Positions 19,297 to 27,486 of a stretch of 64,000 nt of DNA are shown here, piece after piece (the first letter of the stretch is position 1; each line of letters opens with the position of its first letter). The notes beneath the pieces were generated by a model that ran no database searches, was not told where the DNA came from, and saw only the letters and a list, made by a program, of their open reading frames with translations. Location of the stretch: contig LFCK01000001.1 in assembly GCA_001189095.1 (NCBI GenBank), forward strand, positions 317,159 to 381,158, given 5' to 3'. The DNA comes from Parcubacteria bacterium C7867-001. GTDB lineage: Bacteria > Patescibacteriota > Minisyncoccia > Phycocordibacterales > Phycocordibacteraceae. A program made the position numbers and the translations under genes.

Positions 19297-19524
19297 ATGG
19301 ATATGATAAAGATGGTCATTTGGGTCGTTATCGGACTTCTCGCGCTCTCATTCTTTGGCATTTCGCTCCGCGCTTTGTACGAGTCTCCAACCAATCAGGA
19401 CAACCTTTCATTCATTATTACGCTCACCGACCAAGGCTGGGACCACATCAGCGGATTCTTTGAGAATATGCCGGACTTCTTCAAGGATATAAGCCATTTA
19501 AACGTGCCGACCTATGGGAAATGA
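19297..19524 (+). CDS. small membrane protein (hypothetical)
   Basis: 75 aa with one TM; overlaps the next gene by 11 nt, suggesting translational coupling. Confidence 0.45.
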   Translation: MDMIKMVIWVVIGLLALSFFGISLRALYESPTNQDNLSFIITLTDQGWDHISGFFENMPDFFKDISHLNVPTYGK

Positions 19525-19768
19525 TCCCAAGCCTATCGAAATAATCATTCCTCAGGACGCACAGCCCGCCTTTGCAAACGCTACGCAAGTAACCGTACTC
19601 GACGACGCAGTTGTCCTTCAATTCGCCTATGTGCGCCCAAACACTACCTCAGGACAACTCTTAGCTGAAGTAATCCTTTCTCCAAAGCACGCGATAGAAT
19701 TCAGCCGCGCCCTTGATACGACCATAAAGAAGCATTTTACGCGCCATATAGAGGATTCTGAGGCCTAG
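19514..19768 (+). CDS. small hypothetical protein (DUF3467-like)
   Basis: 84 aa; ...VVLQFAYVRPN...AEVILSPKHAIEF resembles DUF3467 from memory. Confidence 0.45.
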   Translation: MGNDPKPIEIIIPQDAQPAFANATQVTVLDDAVVLQFAYVRPNTTSGQLLAEVILSPKHAIEFSRALDTTIKKHFTRHIEDSEA

Positions 19769-19779
19769 GGAAGCAGGAT

Positions 19780-20212
19780 TTCCGGAACGGATTGTGCGAA
19801 GTTGAGACTTAGCGAAATTTTAATACAGGTTCAGCAGGTGAGTATCTTTTACCAACTATCGAGGTAGCACTTCGTAAAAGCGATTGTACGAAGGCGGGGA
19901 AGCCTTCGTACAATCGCGCCGATCTTTTACAAAGTACTACTGGGCTTCGCCCTAGGTAGTACTTCGCAAAAGATATATTGTGCGAAGTACTATCATTCTC
20001 GCCTAGCCCAGCTTTAAGGGTCTCGACAATTGGATTTTTATCTTCCCTATTTGCACTCCACTATCCAAATTATTTTCCTAAAATTATTTCTTCTGTATTT
20101 ATTTTTATGTACTAAATTTTGTGACTCCTCAAACCCCTTCCCCGACAGGGAGGCGGGGAAGTCGCCGAGCCCAAATGTTGCGATATATAGAAATAGCTGA
20201 ATCCCCTACCCC
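19780..20212. other. ORF-free, hairpin-dense, partly AT-rich region at a convergent gene junction; candidate structured ncRNA(s)
   Basis: Perfect 16-bp IR 19880-19895/19902-19917 followed by a T-run; overlapping alternative hairpins (H1 19865-19892; H3 19932-19964; H4 19958-19991); repeated motif acttcg.aaaag...tg.gcgaag; further IR cttccccg/cggggaag near 20139-20163. Confidence 0.5.
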
Positions 20213-20247
20213 TTTATAAAAACGAGCCGCTCAAAGAGCGGCTCGTA
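20213..20247 (-). terminator. rho-independent terminator for the minus-strand EEP gene
   Basis: gagccgctc-ttt-gagcggctc followed by gttttt when read on the minus strand. Confidence 0.65.
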
Positions 20248-20251
20248 TATT

Positions 20252-21067
20252 TTATGTGCAGATCAATTGAAGCGCGCGGTGATCGGAAACTTCCGGCTCC
20301 ACAAGCACATCGAACTCAATGACGTTAACTTGCGGAGTGACGAACGTATAGTCCGCGTAACGAATCGGCTTCTGATAGAGGCTGGTGCGAGTATCGGTAA
20401 ATCCGCGACTCGTGACCAGTTCCGTCATGTCGAGCTGTTGTGCAAGAAGCTCATGCGTACTGCTGTTCGGCAGGAGGTTGAAGTCGCCGCATATGACGAT
20501 TTTCTCTTCCATTCTCTCAGTCATACCTTCGGCAAGACCGAGCAGGTTCGACGCTTGAATGTTTCGTTGCGGCGTATCGATCTTATCGTTCTTCTGATAG
20601 AGACCGTGCAAGTGAATCAGGACGAGCTCCGACTTGGCTTCGTAGTCATATACGCGAATGGCATGCGCATTGCGCGGCAGCGGCGGCTCACCGAACACGT
20701 CCGGCCGAAACTCTCGGTAGACGAAGTGTGTGACCGAATTAATGACGGGAATCGATTTCCGCACGAACGTCGCGATGCCGTAAAACACCGGCAACGGCGC
20801 CTCTGCACGGTCATGCAGGTAGCCCTGAACCGCCGGACAAAAATAGCCGTGGTGGTTCGGGAGCGCAGCTTCAAGATCCGAGAAGAGATCGAAGTGCACA
20901 TCGAGACCTTGCTCGTCTTGAACCGTCTGCGGCTCCGTGCGCGGCTCGCGCTTGCTGTACACCTCTTGGAAGCAGTAGATATCCGCCTCCCCTTTCGACA
21001 CGAAGTCGATGAGAGGTTTGTGGATACGCCCGCCCCATGTGTTGAGCGAAATGATCTTCAGTGCCAT
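20252..21067 (-). CDS. endonuclease/exonuclease/phosphatase (EEP) family protein
   Basis: LNTWGG...CFQEV, GDFN and SDHRAL motifs; the 272-aa ORF on the opposite strand is antisense noise. Confidence 0.75.
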   Translation of the reverse strand: MALKIISLNTWGGRIHKPLIDFVSKGEADIYCFQEVYSKREPRTEPQTVQDEQGLDVHFDLFSDLEAALPNHHGYFCPAVQGYLHDRAEAPLPVFYGIATFVRKSIPVINSVTHFVYREFRPDVFGEPPLPRNAHAIRVYDYEAKSELVLIHLHGLYQKNDKIDTPQRNIQASNLLGLAEGMTERMEEKIVICGDFNLLPNSSTHELLAQQLDMTELVTSRGFTDTRTSLYQKPIRYADYTFVTPQVNVIEFDVLVEPEVSDHRALQLICT

Positions 21068-21269
21068 TACGGCCTCCTTTTCTAATCTGAGGAGACCTTA
21101 CTATGCGAGGGTAGTAACCACAAATCCCCTGCCCTGAACGACTCAGAAGCCCTGAAAAAGTTCAGAGGCAAGGCACGGGAAAATGAGGAGCGCAGGCGTA
21201 TCTACGAATACGACGGAGCGACGAGTTGGGACCCGTAACGCGGCATATGAACTTTTTCAGGGCTTCTGC

Positions 21270-22034
21270 CTAGCATTTCACGTTGTTGATAATATATTCG
21301 TACGCTTCGTCGACGCTGTCAGTAAGGAAGAAGAGATTCATGTCCTCGGCGTCTATGGCCTGATGCTCTGCAAGGAGTTTAGTCTTGAAGAATTCGATGA
21401 GCGGATTCCAGTATTCGCTGCCAAAAAGAACCATGGGGACGCGCTTGATCTTCTTCGTCTGGATGAGGGTTATCATCTCGAAAAATTCATCGAGGGTACC
21501 GAAGCCGCCAGGGAAATAAATATAGACTTCTGAGGCGAAGGAGAGCATCGTCTTTCTCACGAAGAAGTGATTGAAAAATATGTTGTCGGTAAGGTAATTA
21601 TTACCCCGTTGCTCGTTCGGAAGTTCGATATTAAGGCCGATAGATGCGCCGCCAGCGATGTGTGCTCCCTTATTTGCAGCCTCCATGATGCCGCTTGCGC
21701 CGCCGGTGACTATGGCAAATCCTTTTTTTGAAAGAAGCTCCGCAAGCTTGGTCGCTGATTCATAGAAATGCGGCTCAAAGGTTCCGCGCGTTGTGCCAAA
21801 GAAAGAGGCGGCGAGCGCGTACTTCTGCACGAGCTCGAAGCCTTCGACGAACTCGGACATTATCTTGAAGATGCGCCAACTCTCGAGCTTCTTCGGCTTA
21901 CAGACAAGCGGATCAACCGACTCCGGCATGGTCTCCTTCCCTTCTGAAACAGCACGCGTAAGCTTCTCGTGCATCGGTTCAGGCGGCCGCGATGCGGGAT
22001 CGGAAACGTCAGAGCGTGTTAAGAGTTCATCCAT
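21270..22034 (-). CDS. LOG/TIGR00730-family Rossmann-fold nucleotide-binding protein
   Basis: AIVTGGASGIMEAANKGA and PGGFGTLDEFFE motifs; the N-terminal ~60 aa are unusual and the true start may be further downstream. Confidence 0.7.
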   Translation of the reverse strand: MDELLTRSDVSDPASRPPEPMHEKLTRAVSEGKETMPESVDPLVCKPKKLESWRIFKIMSEFVEGFELVQKYALAASFFGTTRGTFEPHFYESATKLAELLSKKGFAIVTGGASGIMEAANKGAHIAGGASIGLNIELPNEQRGNNYLTDNIFFNHFFVRKTMLSFASEVYIYFPGGFGTLDEFFEMITLIQTKKIKRVPMVLFGSEYWNPLIEFFKTKLLAEHQAIDAEDMNLFFLTDSVDEAYEYIINNVKC

Positions 22035-22615
22035 GGTATCGGGTACGAATCAAAGTCCGGCAATAATTTTCTATTATACGCTATGCGCGAAACGACTTCG
22101 GCGTGACAGAGCGCGCCCGTGAGCGCGTTGTGCGGTTTTGGTTCTTCCGGAAGTCCGCAGTAGCGAAGCGCAAAATCGAGATTGATGGCGGAGTGATGAT
22201 TGCCGAGTGGTGGACGCATTCCCGCGCGGGTCATGTGAAGCCAGCAGAGCGTGTGCGTATCGAGCGTTCGTTTGCTGAACGGTGAATCCACTCCTGCCCT
22301 GCTGCAGGCAGCTTGTACGAACTCGAGGTCAAAGGACGGGTTCTGCGCAGCAAAGGTTCTGTCGGCGGGTCGGTCAGTGGCCCATGCGACAAACGCAGCT
22401 ATCAAATCCGCCTCGCTCTGCTTTTCTGCATTCGTTATTTCTTCTTCGGTAAAACCATTTATCGCGAGCGCTTCTTTTTCAAATTCAGCGCCGTCCCAAA
22501 TTCGGCACTCCTCGTAAAACTGATTCTCCGGCTCATCGAGGTCGATGGCGCCAAGGGAAATAATCGAGTGCTTGTGCGGAAGGAGCCCGCTCGACTCGAC
22601 ATCAAGGACTATCAT
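22019..22615 (-). CDS. DEDD-family 3'-5' exonuclease (DnaQ/epsilon-like)
   Basis: VLDVESSGL (exo I) plus H..A..DA-type exo III region; 198 aa; overlaps the LOG gene by 16 nt. Confidence 0.7.
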   Translation of the reverse strand: MIVLDVESSGLLPHKHSIISLGAIDLDEPENQFYEECRIWDGAEFEKEALAINGFTEEEITNAEKQSEADLIAAFVAWATDRPADRTFAAQNPSFDLEFVQAACSRAGVDSPFSKRTLDTHTLCWLHMTRAGMRPPLGNHHSAINLDFALRYCGLPEEPKPHNALTGALCHAEVVSRIAYNRKLLPDFDSYPIPWMNS

Positions 22616-22686
22616 TGAAATAAGTGTAGCAGACCTTGACGTGTGGCGTGAACAAAGATAAAACTCGCCAAGAAAGGAGACTTCAC

Positions 22687-22935
22687 ATGGGTGAATTCTT
22701 TCTGACGTGGCTATCGTATTTCCTCATTTTTGCTGTTGCAGGCTACGCTCTCGTTGCCGTGACTCACAAAAATGCGGCGCCAGGTCTGATCATCTACGCA
22801 GCGATGTTCTACGGCCCAATAACATTCTGCCTTCTCGTCGTAGCTCCGTTCATTTGCGCGCTCATTTCGCGCGGCGATCCGCTCGGATGGCTCTGGTCGG
22901 GCATTGCGCACTTCGTTACGAAAATGCTCAGCTGA
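22687..22935 (+). CDS. small membrane protein (hypothetical)
   Basis: Start moved to the ATG preceded by aaaggag; 2-3 TM; 82 aa. Confidence 0.5.
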   Translation: MGEFFLTWLSYFLIFAVAGYALVAVTHKNAAPGLIIYAAMFYGPITFCLLVVAPFICALISRGDPLGWLWSGIAHFVTKMLS

Positions 22936-22945
22936 AAGAAAAGCA

Positions 22946-22973
22946 AAGGCCGCCCCTGGGGCGGCCTTTTTGT
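22946..22973 (+). terminator. rho-independent terminator
   Basis: ggccgcccc-tgg-ggcggcc followed by tttttg. Confidence 0.7.
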
Positions 22974-23547
22974 ATGAAAAGAAAGAAGGCCCTACCTTTT
23001 GGGGGTCGGGCCTCGGGGTGGAGCTGTTTAGTAGCTCCTGATCAGTGATCACTGCCGGTGTGGTTGCCTTGCGTCGAGAACGTGTCCCTTCGCTGCTTTT
23101 CCGGCTCCTAGTAAGGTTTGTAGTTTCGACCTTGCGGTCTCTCGGGGACTTGGATGAAATCCATTTCCCCAACCTTTTTAATAACTGCCTGTTGATTGTA
23201 GTCCGCGAGAACAGGCTTCGCGTGCGCTTCGGGGGAATGCACCCGTACTGAGCTTCTCAAATCGCTTGCCTTCCTGCATAACCCGCTTCGACCCCCGTAT
23301 AGTGGCAATATGCCGACCATAGTGTCTAAGCTTCGTCAGGAAGATTGTGTGATGTGGAAAGTAAGACTTACGGTTCGGGTTGCCCCTACACCTGCCCTCT
23401 CCACCGCATCTCAACTGCGATCTTCTGTATACTACACTATCATACACATCTAAATTTGTCAAGCATTTTCAAAAATGGCAGGTAGCCGGGTCAAAAATAC
23501 GTTGTATTTAATTGGTTTTTGGACGACCCTCGAAAAATGAGTGGGTT

Positions 23548-24010
23548 TTAGAGACCCTTACAGTTAGCCGCGGGACCGAATCCGGCAGCCATTGCTTCCT
23601 CTTTGGTATAGAACCAAATCTTATTCTCCTCTTTTATGCGCTTGGCCCCACTGCATTCGGGCAGGTAGAACTTGGTCCCGTTCTTCGAGGCCAGATAGGT
23701 CCCGCTCGGGTGGCCCACCTGCGGCTTAGGGGCTTTTGCAGGCTTTGTATAGCTCGTAGAGGGCTTTTTAGCCTCCGTGACAGCAGTTGGCTGCGGAAGC
23801 TCCTAAGTCCTCAATTTGGACCGTTTGGGGTGCTTGAGACCCCTTCTCTACCCCAGCCTTGCCAGTTACATCTCCAAGCCCAAAACCAACCGCAAGAGCG
23901 AGGCCAACGGCCCCTACCGCCAGAATGTCCCTCGGAGCCCCTCTAAAAAGGCTCATTTTAGGGTCATCGGGCCCTGTCTTGCCTACCAGTTCCGAATCTG
24001 GTATACTCAT
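23548..24010 (-). pseudogene. frameshifted gene for a membrane-anchored protein with a Pro/Thr/Lys linker and a C-terminal degenerate Ada-like zinc-ribbon motif
   Basis: Frame 1 (24010->23768) gives MSIPDS...ILAVGAVGLALAVGFGLG...CCHGG*. The +1 frame stays open and gives ...PTAVTEAKKPSTSYTKPAKAPKPQVGHPSGTYLASKNGTKFYLPECSGAKRIKEENKIWFYTKEEAMAAGFGPAANCKGL*, which has no ATG of its own. Confidence 0.5.
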
Positions 24011-24030
24011 GGGACAAATTCTAACAGGTT

Positions 24031-24303
24031 ATGGCATCAACAAAAGCAGGAGGATCAACAAAGAACGTACGCGACAGTCAGCCGAAATACCTCGGTGTAA
24101 AGCTCGCGGACGGTGCTGCTGCGCGTCCAGGGATGGTCATTGTCCGCCAGCGCGGCACGAAGATCGAAGCTGGTAAGAACGTGAAGGTCGGCCACGACCA
24201 CACCCTCTTCGCGATGACCACCGGTAAGGTCTCCTTCACCGAGAAGCGTAAAGTGAGCTACGACGGCTCGGTCTCTCGCAAGAAAGTCGCGAACGTCATT
24301 TAA
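24031..24303 (+). CDS. rpmA: 50S ribosomal protein L27
   Basis: ...[18 protein letters not shown]...[25 protein letters not shown]... is a canonical L27 sequence. Confidence 0.95.
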   Translation: MASTKAGGSTKNVRDSQPKYLGVKLADGAAARPGMVIVRQRGTKIEAGKNVKVGHDHTLFAMTTGKVSFTEKRKVSYDGSVSRKKVANVI

Positions 24304-24312
24304 GGAAAAACA

Positions 24313-24340
24313 AAAGCCGCCCCCTCGGGCGGTTTTTTGT
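24313..24340 (+). terminator. rho-independent terminator after rpmA
   Basis: agccgcccc-ctc-gggcggtt followed by ttttgttg. Confidence 0.7.
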
Positions 24341-24373
24341 TGTGCTAGCATTTAGGGCAGAAAGGAGGTCGAT

Positions 24374-24646
24374 ATGTTCGACACCATACTCTTCGGCATC
24401 GTCGGCATGCCCTTGGCTCTCATAACGTTCACGTACGGCGACTCTCGGCAGTTTCTGGTCCAGCGATTCCTCGTTGGCTGTATCGCGACATTTCTTTTTC
24501 TCGCGAACATCCTGCTCATTGCGTTCGCTGAAGATCCTCGGCACGACCCCGCGATGATACTCTGCGTTTCGAGTGCTTTCATAGCGCTCGGTACGCTTCT
24601 GCGCGTTCTTGGTGTATTCAGATCCCGAGGACTCCAAGAAGGATGA
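24374..24646 (+). CDS. small membrane protein (hypothetical)
   Basis: RBS gaaaggagg before the ATG; 90 aa with 2-3 TM. Confidence 0.5.
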   Translation: MFDTILFGIVGMPLALITFTYGDSRQFLVQRFLVGCIATFLFLANILLIAFAEDPRHDPAMILCVSSAFIALGTLLRVLGVFRSRGLQEG

Positions 24647-24736
24647 GTTTAAACGTCCGCCGCGCTTCGCGCGGCGGATTTCTTTGTATGGAAAAGAGAA
24701 AAGCCGGGCGCATCACGCCACCCGGCTTTTCCATTG

Positions 24737-24928
24737 CTACCTCTTCGGGCAGTGGCGTTCAAGGAACGCCAAAGCCTCTTCCGCGCAGCCCTTCTTTTCA
24801 AGAAAGAGCGCATGGAGAAGGATCTCCTCTTCCGACTTCGGGGGTTGCGGCGGCGAAGCCACGAAACCCGTAGTGAAAGAAAAGACACCGAGAAGGTGGG
24901 GTCGCGCAACGAGAAAACTTTCGGCCAT
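24737..24928 (-). CDS. small hypothetical protein (63 aa)
   Basis: GGAGG sits 9 nt before the ATG on the minus strand; terminator hairpin (gccgggcg...cgcccggc plus T-run) immediately downstream at about 24700-24735. Confidence 0.4.
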   Translation of the reverse strand: MAESFLVARPHLLGVFSFTTGFVASPPQPPKSEEEILLHALFLEKKGCAEEALAFLERHCPKR

Positions 24929-25125
24929 GGTTGTGGCCTCCAGAGATAGACGGGACCCATTCCCGTCTTCTTGCTTATCTCACTGGCACCTCCTTAGTTG
25001 GATGCAATGGTAAGGAACGCGACCGTTTACGACATTAGGATAGGTACCTATAAATGTCAAGAACACGTGCGGAACAGAAACCCCGCGCAAAGCGCGGGGT
25101 TATATCGTATCTTCGGCGCTCGGTG

Positions 25126-25791
25126 TTAGTTAACCTCGATCGCAGCAAGATAGTAGAGGCTTCCGCCGCGGAACGCTGGATAGAGCTCATCATTCCGAAG
25201 CGAACGCGGCCCACCAATGTCAGGCCATGGGTCGAGGACACCACCGCCCGTGATGTTCGGTTGGTAGCCTCCGCCGATGTATTCGATTTCCGTGAGAAGT
25301 ACCGCGTGACCGCGAGCACCCATGACGAGCGGCCGGTCCTGCGCGAGACTGTTCACGATGTACGTGTTGTCGATTGCGATTATACCGCTCGAGAGATCCA
25401 TGAGACGGACCACGCGCGAAGTAAACTCTTCACCATCATCCGAGATCCAGCGGCGGTTCATCGCTCTGGTCATCGTCAAGTCCGTCGCCGGCATGTTGAC
25501 CAGAGAGCCGTACGCCTGTTCGACGATACGCTCTTGCGACACTTCGTAGCCATAGTAGCGGAACAGCATCGAGATTGTCGCTGCCCAGCACCACTGCGAC
25601 TGGAACTGCTGGCTGTAGTTCGCCGCAATCGAGTCCATTGGGACCTGAGCGACGCACTGTGGCCCGTAGTATCCCGGCACACATCGGTATTCTGCAGACG
25701 CCTTTTTCGGGAACAAAAGGGTTGCGCCTAATGCTCCCGCTCCGAGTAGAAGCCCGCGACGGGCAAGCTGGTTTTTCTTCTCGTCTTCCAA
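25126..25791 (-). CDS. Tat-secreted papain-fold / C39-like cysteine peptidase domain protein
   Basis: TTG start with AAAGGAGA RBS; twin-arginine signal QLARRGLLLGAGALGATLL...ASA; QWCWAATISMLFRYYGYEVSQERIVEQAYG resembles Peptidase_C39_2, and GHAVLLT is a plausible His region. Confidence 0.45.
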   Translation of the reverse strand: MEDEKKNQLARRGLLLGAGALGATLLFPKKASAEYRCVPGYYGPQCVAQVPMDSIAANYSQQFQSQWCWAATISMLFRYYGYEVSQERIVEQAYGSLVNMPATDLTMTRAMNRRWISDDGEEFTSRVVRLMDLSSGIIAIDNTYIVNSLAQDRPLVMGARGHAVLLTEIEYIGGGYQPNITGGGVLDPWPDIGGPRSLRNDELYPAFRGGSLYYLAAIEVN

Positions 25792-25872
25792 TGTCGTCTC
25801 CTTTTCCTCTTGGGAGAACCGTCGAAAAATCGACTGTTCGACAATACCGCAACTCCAAAACGACCGCAATAG

Positions 25873-25905
25873 AAAAAGGCCGCACAACGTGCGGCCTTTT
25901 TCTAT
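25873..25905. terminator. bidirectional terminator hairpin
   Basis: aaaaaggccgcac-aacgt-gcggccttttt. Confidence 0.7.
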
Positions 25906-25920
25906 ACTCTCTTTAACTTA

Positions 25921-26346
25921 TTACTCCGCTTCAACAACGATGGAGATTTTGCCGAAGTTTTCGCCAAAGGCGACTGGAATATCAAACGTGCCAGATTCCT
26001 TGATTGGCTTCTCGAGCGAAATAGCGTCTTCCGGAAGCTTGGTCATTAGAGCGATTTCCTTCGCATCGATGCCGTCATAGAGGTGGCCTTTTTCGTTCAC
26101 CTTCTTCTTGAAGACGATGCGCTCTTCTGCAAGTGCAGCAAGGCGTTCCTCCACGAGCTTCACGTCTACCATCTTCTTGTCTGCTTCAGCCTTACGAGCA
26201 GCTTCCGCCTTCTGGCGCAACGCTGGGGTCGCCTGCACCGCTATCTTGCGAGGGATAAGGAAGTTAATGGCATGGCCATCCGCTGCATCTATCTCCTGCC
26301 AAGCATGGCCCAAGCCCTTCTGCGATTTCAAAAGAATTACTTTCAT
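25921..26346 (-). CDS. rplI: 50S ribosomal protein L9
   Basis: MKVILLKSQKGLG...ADGHAINFLIP is a canonical L9 N-terminus. Confidence 0.9.
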   Translation of the reverse strand: MKVILLKSQKGLGHAWQEIDAADGHAINFLIPRKIAVQATPALRQKAEAARKAEADKKMVDVKLVEERLAALAEERIVFKKKVNEKGHLYDGIDAKEIALMTKLPEDAISLEKPIKESGTFDIPVAFGENFGKISIVVEAE

Positions 26347-26358
26347 GATTCGCCCATC

Positions 26359-27420
26359 CTACCCTTTCACCTGCTCTCCTGCAACCGCAGGGATATCCTG
26401 CGGAATCGCGTCATACACCGAAGCGGACTGGCCTTCCGGCGGAACCAGAAGCGTACCTGCGAGTATCTTGTTGTTCGCTATAGCAAAGCCGAGCACGACC
26501 ACAACAACGGTGAGCGCACCGATAGAGGCTGAACCGCGCGGCAGGCGCTGATGGAAGAGTGCGGCAGCACCGAGCAAGAGTATGAAGAAGGCCGCTATCG
26601 TGAGGAAGACGAGTGAAGAGGCTGAGCGTGGCGCAAACGAAGCGAGGGCAAAGGGTGATGCTGTTTCAGCTGCGAGCACCTGCGGATTTGCTTCCGCGCG
26701 AGCAGGAATGGTCGTCGTTGAGATGCGAGCGACCGTGGTGGTCCCTTGATTGGTGGTCGTTGCAGCAGCAACCGTCGGCGTCCCCGGAATTTTCTTCGGG
26801 CTCGTAGTCGTGACTTTCGCGGGAACCTGTACGTAAATGACTTGCTGCGGCTTCGCGAAGTACTGCACCACGAAGACTGATTCCCTTCCTTCGTAAGTAC
26901 CCGTCGCCATACCGACCCCGATCTCAGTGAATCCAGCGCCGAGGAGATTCGCGCGATGCGTCGGTGAATCCATCCATGCGTCCACCACATCCTGCGAGTC
27001 GGTGAAGTTGACTGCGAGATTCTCTCCTGCGTTCTGGAAGCGATAGCCCGCTTTCTGTATCCAACTCCACGGCACCGTGCCGTCAGGGCTCACATGCGCG
27101 AAGTAGCCGTTCTTCGCCATGTCTTCCGCTTTTGCGCGTGCGGCAGTAGCAAGCGTCTCATTCCACGTGACAGTAGCAAGATGATTATCCGAACGAGCAT
27201 CATTCGTATAGGCGGTAATAGCGGCCGGAAGCACGCTCGCCACGAAGTCCTGCGTACGGAATCCGACGAACATCTGCGCAAGGGTGAGCGCCTCGATGAG
27301 CACAGCAAACGAGAGTGCCATGATGATGGCCTCTTTGCGGAGGACGTGCGGGTGATGATTGTTCCCTTCCGAAGGAAGGAAGGTTCGATGGAGGCGCGTA
27401 AATAAGCCGTCCTGTTGCAT
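26359..27420 (-). CDS. CAP/SCP/PR-1-like domain protein with signal anchor and C-terminal TM
   Basis: GYFAHVSPDG...GENLAV...WMDSPTHRANLL...FTEIGVG are CAP-domain motifs; the start may instead be the internal ATG at 27321. Confidence 0.7.
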   Translation of the reverse strand: MQQDGLFTRLHRTFLPSEGNNHHPHVLRKEAIIMALSFAVLIEALTLAQMFVGFRTQDFVASVLPAAITAYTNDARSDNHLATVTWNETLATAARAKAEDMAKNGYFAHVSPDGTVPWSWIQKAGYRFQNAGENLAVNFTDSQDVVDAWMDSPTHRANLLGAGFTEIGVGMATGTYEGRESVFVVQYFAKPQQVIYVQVPAKVTTTSPKKIPGTPTVAAATTTNQGTTTVARISTTTIPARAEANPQVLAAETASPFALASFAPRSASSLVFLTIAAFFILLLGAAALFHQRLPRGSASIGALTVVVVVLGFAIANNKILAGTLLVPPEGQSASVYDAIPQDIPAVAGEQVKG

Positions 27421-27486
27421 AGTCTCATTATACCACGAAAAAGCCCGGCTGGAAGGCCGGGCTTTTTCGTTGCTTATCGCGTCTCG

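Noticed and set aside
23000-23330. Possible tmRNA (minus-strand ...cagctccacc 3'-like end, gggggtcgaag 5'-like segment)
   Set aside because: I could not assemble a convincing acceptor stem, T-arm consensus or an alanine-terminated tag reading frame. It is left as a candidate ncRNA region needing a covariance-model search.
23512-23946. 144-aa plus-strand ORF
   Set aside because: It is antisense to the better-supported frameshifted minus-strand gene, has biased composition and has no RBS.
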